In this document: piece by piece, positions 27,770 to 36,881 of the stretch
How the letters are laid out: each line of letters begins with the position of its first letter
Numbering within the stretch: position 1 is the stretch's first letter
NCBI GenBank assembly: GCA_902621305.1
Contig: CACNLM010000003.1
Coordinates: forward strand, 46,539 to 110,538
Direction: 5' to 3'
Length of the DNA: 64,000 nt
Origin: an uncultured Alphaproteobacteria bacterium
Lineage (GTDB): Bacteria; Pseudomonadota; Alphaproteobacteria; HIMB59; GCA-002718135
Translations under genes and position numbers: made by a program
Notes under the pieces: model-generated
Database searches by the model: none
What the model was told of the DNA's origin: nothing
What the model saw: the letters and a program-made list of their open reading frames with translations, nothing else

Positions 27770-29518
27770 ATGAAAAAAAAATTATTAGAAGTTAAAAATT
27801 TAGAATTATCATTCGGTAATAATGATAGTTATTTTAAAGCTCTAAAAAATATTAGTTTTGATATTTATCCAAATGAAACTGTGTCTATAGTAGGTGAATC
27901 AGGATCAGGTAAATCTGTTACTGCAATGGGCGTAATGTCATTAATTCAAAAGGCAGGTGGAAATATTGAAAATGGATCAATCATATTTGATGAAAAATAT
28001 AATATGGTGAATATCGAAGAAGAGAAGGCAAGAAGCATTCGAGGAAACATGATTTCGATGATTTTTCAAGAACCTATGACTTCCTTAAATCCAGTTTTTA
28101 CAGTAGGTGAGCAAATTTTAGAAGCCCTAATTACTCATAAAAATATCTCAAAAGAAAAAGGAAGGCAAATGGTAATAGAGGCAATGAAAGAAGTTAAAAT
28201 TGCTCAAGCTGAAAAAAGATTTTCCCAATACCCTCACGAATTATCAGGAGGTATGCGACAGAGAATAATGATTGCGATGGCACTTGTTTGTGAACCAAAA
28301 TTATTAATTGCTGATGAACCTACAACGGCTCTAGATGTAACAATTCAAGCACAAATTTTATGGTTGATAAAACAATTAAAAGAAAATCATGGTACAGCAG
28401 TAATGTTTATTACACACGATTTAGGTGTTGTTGCTCAAATTTCAGATAGAGTAGTTGTTATGAAAAGAGGCTCTATTATTGAAACAGGTACCGTTAATCA
28501 AATTTTTAATAATCCAGAAGATCCATATACCAAAAATTTAATAGAGTCAGTGCCAAAACTTGGGAATGAACATCAAAAATTATACAGAGAGGAAAACGAA
28601 TTTATTTTAGAATTTAATAATGTTACTGTAAAATATCCTGTGAGAAGAGGTGTCTTAAATAATGTTACAACTGAATTATGTGCTGTAGATAGAGTAAACT
28701 TCAAAATTAAAGAAGGTCAAACATTAGGAATTGTTGGAGAGTCAGGTTGTGGAAAATCCACAATTGCTAAAACTGTTGCAGGATTAGTTAAACCAGAATC
28801 TGGAGAAATAATTTTAGAAGGAACTAACACATTAAATTTAAAAGGAAAAAATCTTCAAAACTTTAAAAAAAATATAGGCATGATATTTCAAGATCCGTTC
28901 GCTTCTTTGAGCCCAAGAAGAACAGCTGCTCAACAAATTTCAGAACCATTAGAAATTCATAATGCTGGTTCAAAAAAATTTATACAAGAAAGAGTTGAAT
29001 GGTTAATCAATAAAGTGGGTTTGGATAATTCACATTTATACAGATATCCTCATGAATTCTCAGGAGGACAAAGGCAAAGGTTAAGTATAGCTAGAGCGTT
29101 AGCTCTTGAGCCAAAACTAGTTATCGCTGATGAACCTGTTTCAGCTTTAGATGTTTCTGTTCAAGAAACTGTACTTGAACTTTTTGAAGATTTACAAAAA
29201 GAATTAAAATTAACGTATATCTTTATTTCACATGATCTATCAGTAATTGAAAAAATAAGTGACTGGGTTGCAGTTATGTATTTTGGAAGAATTGTTGAAA
29301 GTGGAAAAGTTAAAGATGTTTTAAGAAAAACTAAACATGATTATACAAAAAACTTAATTAAATCAGTTCCTACACCTGATCCAAATATAAAGATGACTCA
29401 ACCAAAAATGTTTTCTGAAATAAAAAGTGATTTATTATTAAAGAAAGGATATCAATTTGAGGAAGACTTACAATATGATGATAATTTAGAAAATCATAGA
29501 ATGCTTCTTTCTAGTTAA
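27770..29518 (+). CDS. Fused double ABC ATPase (DppD-DppF-like)
   Basis: 582 aa with two complete cassettes. First: GESGSGKS / LSGGMRQR / LIADEPTTALD. Second: GESGCGKST / FSGGQRQR / VIADEPVSALD. Confidence 0.9.
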   Translation: MKKKLLEVKNLELSFGNNDSYFKALKNISFDIYPNETVSIVGESGSGKSVTAMGVMSLIQKAGGNIENGSIIFDEKYNMVNIEEEKARSIRGNMISMIFQEPMTSLNPVFTVGEQILEALITHKNISKEKGRQMVIEAMKEVKIAQAEKRFSQYPHELSGGMRQRIMIAMALVCEPKLLIADEPTTALDVTIQAQILWLIKQLKENHGTAVMFITHDLGVVAQISDRVVVMKRGSIIETGTVNQIFNNPEDPYTKNLIESVPKLGNEHQKLYREENEFILEFNNVTVKYPVRRGVLNNVTTELCAVDRVNFKIKEGQTLGIVGESGCGKSTIAKTVAGLVKPESGEIILEGTNTLNLKGKNLQNFKKNIGMIFQDPFASLSPRRTAAQQISEPLEIHNAGSKKFIQERVEWLINKVGLDNSHLYRYPHEFSGGQRQRLSIARALALEPKLVIADEPVSALDVSVQETVLELFEDLQKELKLTYIFISHDLSVIEKISDWVAVMYFGRIVESGKVKDVLRKTKHDYTKNLIKSVPTPDPNIKMTQPKMFSEIKSDLLLKKGYQFEEDLQYDDNLENHRMLLSS

Positions 29519-29522
29519 AATT

Positions 29523-30440
29523 GTGTACACCGAAAAAACTTATAGAAAAAAATTAGAAAATTTTATCAATAAAAAATACCTTGCAAGTTTTTTAGTTTTA
29601 TTAAGTGCTCTTACAATTGCAAGTATGATGTCAGCATTTAAAATTTCGAGTCAATATCTATCATTCTATCAAATTATATTTATTAAATCTATTGGCAGCA
29701 CTCTACTGCTATTTCCAATATTTATTTTTTCAGGTATAAAATTTTTACCAGAAAATGGTTATCAATTATATTTTTTAAGAATATTTCTAATAATTGGGGC
29801 TATAGTTTGCTGGATTTATTCAATTGTTAACTTACCTATGGGAACCGCAACTGCTATATCATTTTCTAAAAGCTTTTTTGTACTTTGGTTAGCTTATTTA
29901 TTTTTATCAGAAAATATTACTTTTCAAAAAATACTAGTCACCTTTATAGGATTTTTAGGTGTATTATTATGCTTAGAATTTTCAAATTCATCAATTTTAA
30001 TTTCTGGTTTTGTTGGAATAATTGGGGCTGTTTTTGCTGCTGGATTGACTATAGTTATTAAAAAGCTCTCCATAAAAGAACCTGTTTTAAGGATAATGCT
30101 AATTCCAAATATTGCTATAACATTATTGTTTTTATTACCCGCTATTTATAGTTGGAATGAAATTCCAACTTCAATTTTTTTACCAGTTCTAATTATGATC
30201 ACTTTTGGTTCTATTTCTCAATGGTGTTTTCTTACTGCTTATAAATTAGTTGATGTGTCGTATATAGCTCCATGGGAATATTCTAGATTAGTTGCTGCAA
30301 TAATTTTTGGATTTATATTTTTCAATGAATTATTAACAATTAATATTATAGTTGGTATAATTTTAATAATTGGCTCAACATATTATTCATTACTTTATAT
30401 AAAATCTGAAGATAGTTATTCAATAGAGGCAAGAAACTAA
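29523..30440 (+). CDS. DMT-superfamily (EamA-like) transporter
   Basis: 305 aa with GTG start and ~10 TM segments. 4-nt gap from the ATPase gene. Confidence 0.7.
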   Translation: MYTEKTYRKKLENFINKKYLASFLVLLSALTIASMMSAFKISSQYLSFYQIIFIKSIGSTLLLFPIFIFSGIKFLPENGYQLYFLRIFLIIGAIVCWIYSIVNLPMGTATAISFSKSFFVLWLAYLFLSENITFQKILVTFIGFLGVLLCLEFSNSSILISGFVGIIGAVFAAGLTIVIKKLSIKEPVLRIMLIPNIAITLLFLLPAIYSWNEIPTSIFLPVLIMITFGSISQWCFLTAYKLVDVSYIAPWEYSRLVAAIIFGFIFFNELLTINIIVGIILIIGSTYYSLLYIKSEDSYSIEARN

Positions 30441-31294
30441 TGATAAAAATAATTACAATTGCTGATATTCATTATGGAAAGAACACTTTAACTAAAAGAG
30501 GTGATACAGCACTTAGCTTACTAGATGAATTTAATCTTTTTGTTGATAATGAAAAACCAGACTTTATTGTTGATTTGGGTGACCGTATAAATGATGTTGA
30601 TAAAAAAAATGATATTAATTTGCAAAAAAAAATATTTAAGAAATTAAATGAAAATAAAATTAAAACTTATCATATTTGTGGAAACCACGATGTAGTGAAT
30701 CTTTCTATTAGTGAAAATGAAGAGATATTTAATCAGTCTCTAGAAAATGAAGTTATTCTTTTAAATAATTATAAAATAATATTATGGAGAGCAGATACAA
30801 AAATATATCACACAGATAACTTTAGAGGTTTTAAAATTAATGAAATGGATTTTATATGGTTAAATACCGAAGTAATAAATTCCAAGGTTCCAGTTATTAT
30901 TTTTTCTCATGTACCAATTTCACCTGCATCTCTGATCGGGAACTATTACTTTCAAAACAATCCTTCTTTTGGGTCTTATCCTAATTCTTCTCGTTTAAGA
31001 AATAGTTTATGTAAAGCATCAATGCCTGTTTTTTTTCTGTCTGGTCACGTGCACTGGAATTCTTTTGCACAAGAAGATGGAATTACATATCTTACTCAGC
31101 AATCCCTCACTGAAAGTTTTTCTAATTATGGAAAACCAGCAAAATCTTGGGGACAAATTTCCCTTGATAATAAATTTTCATGGAAAGTTTATGGCGATGA
31201 ACCAATAGAAATATCTTTAGATATTAAGAAAAGAAATATTATTACTCCTCTTGGTTCATTTTCAAGTTCAAATCAAGATTTAAGAGCAAAATAA
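30440..31294 (+). CDS. Calcineurin-like metallophosphoesterase
   Basis: 284 aa. Motif series IADIHYG (DxH), LGDRIND (GD), CGNHD (GNHD/E), FSHVP, SGHVH. Confidence 0.75.
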   Translation: MIKIITIADIHYGKNTLTKRGDTALSLLDEFNLFVDNEKPDFIVDLGDRINDVDKKNDINLQKKIFKKLNENKIKTYHICGNHDVVNLSISENEEIFNQSLENEVILLNNYKIILWRADTKIYHTDNFRGFKINEMDFIWLNTEVINSKVPVIIFSHVPISPASLIGNYYFQNNPSFGSYPNSSRLRNSLCKASMPVFFLSGHVHWNSFAQEDGITYLTQQSLTESFSNYGKPAKSWGQISLDNKFSWKVYGDEPIEISLDIKKRNIITPLGSFSSSNQDLRAK

Positions 31295-31295
31295 A

Positions 31296-31736
31296 ATGTC
31301 TGAAATACAAAGAAAAGATTGGATTTCTATTTTGTCAAAAACAGAAACAATAGATTTAAAAAATTGTATTGAAAATATAAATTATACTAAAGATTATAAA
31401 ATAATTTACGGACCAAATGTTGGGTCGATCATGATAAGGGCAAGATTAGGAGGTAATGGAGATCCTTATAATCTAGGCGAAGCAACATTAACTAAATGTG
31501 TCATAAAATTAGAAGAAGGAACAACTGGTTATTCGTATCATCTAGGTAGAGATAAAATTAGAGCTGAGTATGCAGCAGTTTTAGATGCTTTAATGCAAGA
31601 TAATAATTATTATTCTAAACTTCAAAGTATGATTTTAGATTTAAAAGATAAAATTAATAAAAAAGAAAATCACATTATTAATGAAAGTAACTCATCAAAA
31701 GTTGATTTCTTTACACTAGTGAGAGGTGATGGATAA
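31296..31736 (+). CDS. phnG: C-P lyase core complex subunit PhnG
   Basis: 146 aa in the position before phnH. The N-terminal RKDWISILSK pattern resembles E. coli PhnG. Confidence 0.8.
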   Translation: MSEIQRKDWISILSKTETIDLKNCIENINYTKDYKIIYGPNVGSIMIRARLGGNGDPYNLGEATLTKCVIKLEEGTTGYSYHLGRDKIRAEYAAVLDALMQDNNYYSKLQSMILDLKDKINKKENHIINESNSSKVDFFTLVRGDG

Positions 31737-32308
31737 TGGAATATATTGGATATCAAGATCAAACACATTCATCACAAAATATGTTTAGAACAATTTTAAA
31801 AGCAACCTCTTTTCCTGGATCTATATTCACAGTTCCAGAAAATCTTGAAACAGATAATGTTCTTTATTCTTCAACAGCTAATATTATTTTTACGTTATTT
31901 GATATTGATACTAAAATTTTTATAGATTCTGAAAAGATATCAAAAATACAAAACTTTATAACATTCAACACAAATGCAAATTGTATAGAAAAATCTAATC
32001 ATTGTGACTTTGCAATTATTCAAAATAAGGAATTTAATATTGAAAATTTTAATCTTGGCTCAGATGAATATCCTGACAACTCATCCACGATAATTATTGA
32101 AGTTGAAGATCTGATTAACGGTGAAGAATTAATAATTGAAGGTCCTGGTATTGAAAAAACAAAATCAATATCCCCAACTAATTTACCTAAAAATTTTCAA
32201 TCTCAATGGCAAAATAACAATTTTATTTTTCCAAGAGGTGTCGACTTAATTCTTACGTGTAAAGATGATTTTTTCTGTCTGCCACGAACATCAAAGGTGT
32301 TAAAATAA
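31736..32308 (+). CDS. phnH: C-P lyase subunit PhnH
   Basis: 190 aa. NMFRTILKATSFPG block. 1-nt overlaps with phnG and phnI. Confidence 0.8.
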   Translation: MEYIGYQDQTHSSQNMFRTILKATSFPGSIFTVPENLETDNVLYSSTANIIFTLFDIDTKIFIDSEKISKIQNFITFNTNANCIEKSNHCDFAIIQNKEFNIENFNLGSDEYPDNSSTIIIEVEDLINGEELIIEGPGIEKTKSISPTNLPKNFQSQWQNNNFIFPRGVDLILTCKDDFFCLPRTSKVLK

Positions 32309-33396
32309 TGTATGTAGCAGTAAAAGGAGGGGAAAAAGCAATCAAAAGCTCATTGAAACTTTTAGAGAAAAAAAGAAAAGAAACTGGCACTAAAAGTATT
32401 GAGATAAATCAAATTAAAGAACAACTAAGTTTTGCAGTTGATAGAGTAATTAATGAAGGTTCATTATATGATAAAGATTTATCTGCTTTAGCAATAAAAC
32501 AATCTCAAGGAGATTTGGTCGAGGCAATTTTTTTATTGAGAGCTTATAGAACCACTTTAGAAAGATATGCTTACTCAACTGCTATAGATACAAGCAAAAT
32601 TATTATAAAAAGAAGAATATCTGCAAGTTTTAAAGATATACCGGGCGGACAAATACTTGGCCCAACATTTGATTATTCTCACAGATTATTAGATTTTTCT
32701 CTAATGAAAGAAGATGAAATAAATTCATATGAAAACATCAATAACCAAGAACCTAAAAATAAAGAATTTCCTAGTGTTATTGATTATCTTAATAATGAGA
32801 ATTTATTAGAGCAGGAAATTAACAATTTAAATGATAATCCATTTGATGTTACGAGAGATCCTATGAAATTTCCTGCATCCAGAGATCAATGGATGCAAAT
32901 ACTAGCTAGGGGTGATGAGGGTTTTCTTCTAGGTTTATCTTATTCTGCTATTAGGGGATTTGGAAGTAAAGGAACTCATCCTTTTGTTGGAGAAATTAAA
33001 TACGGTATTGTTGATATTTTTATTTCACCAGATGAATTAGGTTTTGAAATTTGTATTGGCGAAATTGAAATCTCTGAATGTCAAATGATAGATCAATTTG
33101 AAGGAAATAAAAATACCCCACCCCAATTTACGAGAGGTTATGGTCTAACATTTGGCTATAATGAAAGAAAATCCATGGCTATTTCTATTGTGGATAGAGC
33201 ATTAAAGAGTGAAGGGTACGGTGAAGAAATCAAATTCCCAATTCAAGATCAAGAATTTGTTCTCTATCATGCTGATAATGTTGAGGCACAAGGTTTTGTA
33301 ACACATCTAAAACTTCCTCATTATGTTGACTTTCAAGGAGAGCTAAACCTTATTCGAAAACTTAGAAATGAAATTCTGCAGGGAAAAAAATTATGA
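32308..33396 (+). CDS. phnI: C-P lyase subunit PhnI (nucleosidase component)
   Basis: 362 aa. The N-terminus MYVAVKGGEKAI and EAIFLLRAYRTTL are near-identical to the E. coli PhnI blocks. Confidence 0.95.
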   Translation: MYVAVKGGEKAIKSSLKLLEKKRKETGTKSIEINQIKEQLSFAVDRVINEGSLYDKDLSALAIKQSQGDLVEAIFLLRAYRTTLERYAYSTAIDTSKIIIKRRISASFKDIPGGQILGPTFDYSHRLLDFSLMKEDEINSYENINNQEPKNKEFPSVIDYLNNENLLEQEINNLNDNPFDVTRDPMKFPASRDQWMQILARGDEGFLLGLSYSAIRGFGSKGTHPFVGEIKYGIVDIFISPDELGFEICIGEIEISECQMIDQFEGNKNTPPQFTRGYGLTFGYNERKSMAISIVDRALKSEGYGEEIKFPIQDQEFVLYHADNVEAQGFVTHLKLPHYVDFQGELNLIRKLRNEILQGKKL

Positions 33397-34229
33397 AAAC
33401 CGGTTTTAATTTTGCGTATTTGGATGAAGCAACTAAAAGAATGATAAGGAGAAAAATTCTAAAAGCTATTTGTATTCCAGGCTATCAATGTCCATTTGGA
33501 GGAAGAGAAATGCCATTAGCTTATGGGTGGGGAACAGGAGGTATTCAGGTTACAGCTTCTATAATTGGTAAGCAAGATATTCTAAAAGTAATTGATCAGG
33601 GGGCTGATGATACTACTAATGCTGTTTCTATTAAAAATTTTTTTAAACGTGTATGCAATATCATGATTACAGATAGAACTGCAGAAGCATCCTTGATACA
33701 AACTAGACATCGAATTCCTGAAACAACATTAAATAAAGATCAAATCATTGTTTATCAAGTTCCTCAACCAGAACCACTAAGGAAATTAGAGCCTAAAGAA
33801 AAAGAAACTAGAAAACTCCATGCGTATAAAGAATATGCATTAATGCATGTAAAATTATACGAAGAAATTTCTCAATTTGGCTCAGTAATAAAAACTTGGG
33901 CTTATCCAGTAGAAACAAATAACAGATATATTACTGATCCAACACCAATACCTAAATTTGATAATCCCAAAATGAATAATATGGAAGCGTTGCAATTATT
34001 TGGCGCAGGAAGAGAAAAAAGAATTTACGCAATTCCACCTTACACTAAAGTTAAAAGTCTTGATTTTGATGATCATCCCTTTGAAATACAAACATGGGAT
34101 GAATGTTGTTCAATATGTGGTTCAACGAAGAGTTACTTAGATGAAATAATTATCAATAATGAGGGAAAGAAAAATTTTATATGTTCAGATACAGATTTTT
34201 GTAAAAGTAATCTTGAGAAAAATAAATGA
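33393..34229 (+). CDS. phnJ: C-P lyase radical-SAM-type catalytic subunit PhnJ
   Basis: 278 aa. NFAYLDE...PFGGREMPLAYGWGTGGIQV and the C-terminal Cys cluster CCSICGS...FICSDTDFC. Confidence 0.95.
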   Translation: MKTGFNFAYLDEATKRMIRRKILKAICIPGYQCPFGGREMPLAYGWGTGGIQVTASIIGKQDILKVIDQGADDTTNAVSIKNFFKRVCNIMITDRTAEASLIQTRHRIPETTLNKDQIIVYQVPQPEPLRKLEPKEKETRKLHAYKEYALMHVKLYEEISQFGSVIKTWAYPVETNNRYITDPTPIPKFDNPKMNNMEALQLFGAGREKRIYAIPPYTKVKSLDFDDHPFEIQTWDECCSICGSTKSYLDEIIINNEGKKNFICSDTDFCKSNLEKNK

Positions 34230-35002
34230 ATATTAAAAAAATAATGCATGTGGAAAACCTTACACATTTTTATGGAAACCAAATTGGTTGCAAAGGTATA
34301 AATTTTGATTTGTATAAAGGTGAAATTTTAGGCATTGTTGGTGAATCTGGTTCAGGTAAAAGTACACTGTTGAAGTGCTTGTCAGGAGAAATTTCTCCAT
34401 CTGCAGGAAAAATTAACATATCGCTAGATCAAGGTGGTGTAAAAGACTTTCTTTCTCTGCCTGAACAAGAAAAAAGACAATTGATGAGATCCATGTGGGG
34501 GATAGTTCATCAAAATCCAAGAGATGGTTTAAATTTAAGAATTAGTGCTGGAGGTAATATTGCAGAGAGACTTCTCAATGTATCTGAAAAAAACTACTCA
34601 CATTTAAGAAATACTGGAAAATATTGGATGGAAAAAACTGAGATGGATTCAGATAGAATTGATGAATTTCCTATAGGTTTTTCAGGAGGAATGCAGCAAA
34701 GACTTCAAATATCAAAAATTTTATCATCAAACCCACAGATAGTTTTTATGGATGAGCCAACTGGGGGCCTAGATGTATCTGTACAAGCTAAAATACTAGA
34801 TACTATTAAGAGCATTGTAAGAGATATTAATGTTACTATGATTATAGTAACACACGATTTAGCAGTTGTGCGATTTTTAACTGATAAATTATTGGTTATG
34901 AAAGATGGCATAGTTGTAGAAACAGGATTAACAGATAGAGTTTTGGATGATCCTCAACATTCCTACACACAACTTTTAACTTCATCTATTTTACAAGTTT
35001 AA
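34226..35002 (+). CDS. phnK: Phosphonate C-P lyase system ATP-binding protein PhnK
   Basis: 258 aa. GESGSGKST, FSGGMQQRLQI, VFMDEPTGGLD. Confidence 0.9.
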   Translation: MNIKKIMHVENLTHFYGNQIGCKGINFDLYKGEILGIVGESGSGKSTLLKCLSGEISPSAGKINISLDQGGVKDFLSLPEQEKRQLMRSMWGIVHQNPRDGLNLRISAGGNIAERLLNVSEKNYSHLRNTGKYWMEKTEMDSDRIDEFPIGFSGGMQQRLQISKILSSNPQIVFMDEPTGGLDVSVQAKILDTIKSIVRDINVTMIIVTHDLAVVRFLTDKLLVMKDGIVVETGLTDRVLDDPQHSYTQLLTSSILQV

Positions 35003-35004
35003 TA

Positions 35005-35700
35005 ATGAAAATTATCGAATTAAAAAACGTTAATAAGAAATTTATTCTGCATAATCAGAAGGGCACTGTATTAAATGTTTTAAAAAATATTAATTTAGAA
35101 ATAAAGACAGGAGAATGTATTGCGCTAGTTGGAAAATCTGGAATTGGTAAATCTACATTTTTAAAAATGTTATATGGAAATTATTTACCTTCCTCAGGTG
35201 AAATTAATATTTATAATAATAATAAAATCAATATTGTTAATTCATTAGAACATCAAATAATAAATCTTCGTAAATATTTCATTGGATATGTAAGTCAGTT
35301 TTTAAGAGTTTTACCTAGAGTTCCGACAATTGAAATAGTATCTGATACTCTAAAACAACAGTCTTTATTTGATGAACACTCATTAATAAAAATAAAAAAA
35401 CTTTTATCTGAATTAAATATACAGGAATCTATGTGGAATTTATCACCATTGACTTTTTCTGGAGGCGAACAACAACGAGTAAATTTAGCGAAAACATTAA
35501 TTGGAAATTATTCTATTCTTTTATTAGATGAGCCAACAGCATCTCTCGATGATATGAATAAATCCATTGTCATTGATATGATTAAATCCAAACTTAAAAA
35601 AAATGTAACAATAATAGTTATAGTTCATGATAACAAAATTAGAAATGAAATATGTACAAGAGAAATTAACTTAGAAAAATACATTCCAAATGATAATTAA
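35005..35700 (+). CDS. phnL: Phosphonate C-P lyase system ATP-binding protein PhnL
   Basis: 231 aa. [32 protein letters not shown]. Confidence 0.9.
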   Translation: MKIIELKNVNKKFILHNQKGTVLNVLKNINLEIKTGECIALVGKSGIGKSTFLKMLYGNYLPSSGEINIYNNNKINIVNSLEHQIINLRKYFIGYVSQFLRVLPRVPTIEIVSDTLKQQSLFDEHSLIKIKKLLSELNIQESMWNLSPLTFSGGEQQRVNLAKTLIGNYSILLLDEPTASLDDMNKSIVIDMIKSKLKKNVTIIVIVHDNKIRNEICTREINLEKYIPNDN

Positions 35701-36826
35701 AAATGCAAATATAGTTACTTTAAATGATACTTTTATTGGCTCAATAAATTTTAATGAAACAATTTTAAACATTGATAAGGGTGATTTAAATAACTCTAAT
35801 GCAATTGATTTTGAGGGTGATTATTTATTCCCAGGATTGATAGAGCTTCATACAGATAACTTAGAAAAACATTTTATTCCTAGACCTAATGCAATTTGGC
35901 CAAATAAAATTGCAGCTGCAATAGCTAATGATAATGAAATTATTTCTTCAGGTATTACAACAGTTTTTGATGCAGTATTAGTTGGAAACTATACAAAAAT
36001 TAGAACTAGTATTTTGGATGATATAATAACTTCAATTACTAGAGGTAAGGATTTAGGATTATTCAAAGCTGATCACCATCTTCACTATAGGTGTGAATTA
36101 TCTGACCCTGAACTCTTAGATACATTAGAAAAATATTCTGATAACAAATATATAGCTTTAGCTTCTTTAATGGATCATACTCCTGGACAAAGACAATGGA
36201 GAAATAAAGAAAAAATGCTAGAATTTTACAGTAAAGGAAGCAATGTTACATCTCATGGTACATATGATTTTGATGAAAAAATGTTAAGACTAGAGGAAAC
36301 GGCAAAAGAAGCTGAAAAAAAGAATAGACCAAAAGTATCGAATATATGGAGAGATAAAAAAATTATTATGGCCTCTCACGATGATACAACAGAAGAACAT
36401 GTAAATGAAGCAAGCAAAAATGGAATTTACATTAGTGAATTTCCAACTACCTTAGAAGCTGTAAAACAAGCAAAAAAACTTAAAATGAAAACAGTTTTAG
36501 GTGCTCCAAATTTTATAAGAAATAAATCACACTCGGATAATGTTTCGGTAAATGATTTAGTGGATAACAACTTTGATTTAGTTGATATATTTTCATCTGA
36601 TTATGTTCCTTTGAGTCTAATACAATCTGTATTTAAATTATTAGATAAAGGTGTGAATTTAAGTGAATCTACTAAATTAGTTTCTTATAATCCAGCAAAT
36701 TCAGTTGGTTTAGATGACAGGGGTCACATTGAGATTAATAAAAGATCAGACTTTCTTAGAGTTTCATATTTAGAAAATACTCCATTAATTAAAGAAGTTT
36801 ATGTTAAAGGCAAAAGAGTAAATTGA
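35690..36826 (+). CDS. phnM: Alpha-D-ribose 1-methylphosphonate 5-triphosphate diphosphatase PhnM
   Basis: 378 aa, amidohydrolase fold. GLIELHTDNLEKH, LMDHTPGQRQ, ASHDD, SSDYVP. Confidence 0.9.
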   Translation: MIIKNANIVTLNDTFIGSINFNETILNIDKGDLNNSNAIDFEGDYLFPGLIELHTDNLEKHFIPRPNAIWPNKIAAAIANDNEIISSGITTVFDAVLVGNYTKIRTSILDDIITSITRGKDLGLFKADHHLHYRCELSDPELLDTLEKYSDNKYIALASLMDHTPGQRQWRNKEKMLEFYSKGSNVTSHGTYDFDEKMLRLEETAKEAEKKNRPKVSNIWRDKKIIMASHDDTTEEHVNEASKNGIYISEFPTTLEAVKQAKKLKMKTVLGAPNFIRNKSHSDNVSVNDLVDNNFDLVDIFSSDYVPLSLIQSVFKLLDKGVNLSESTKLVSYNPANSVGLDDRGHIEINKRSDFLRVSYLENTPLIKEVYVKGKRVN

Positions 36827-36881
36827 ATTTAATGAAACCTTAACTTTTTTGATGAATTTTTTTAAAATTTTCTTTTAATTA

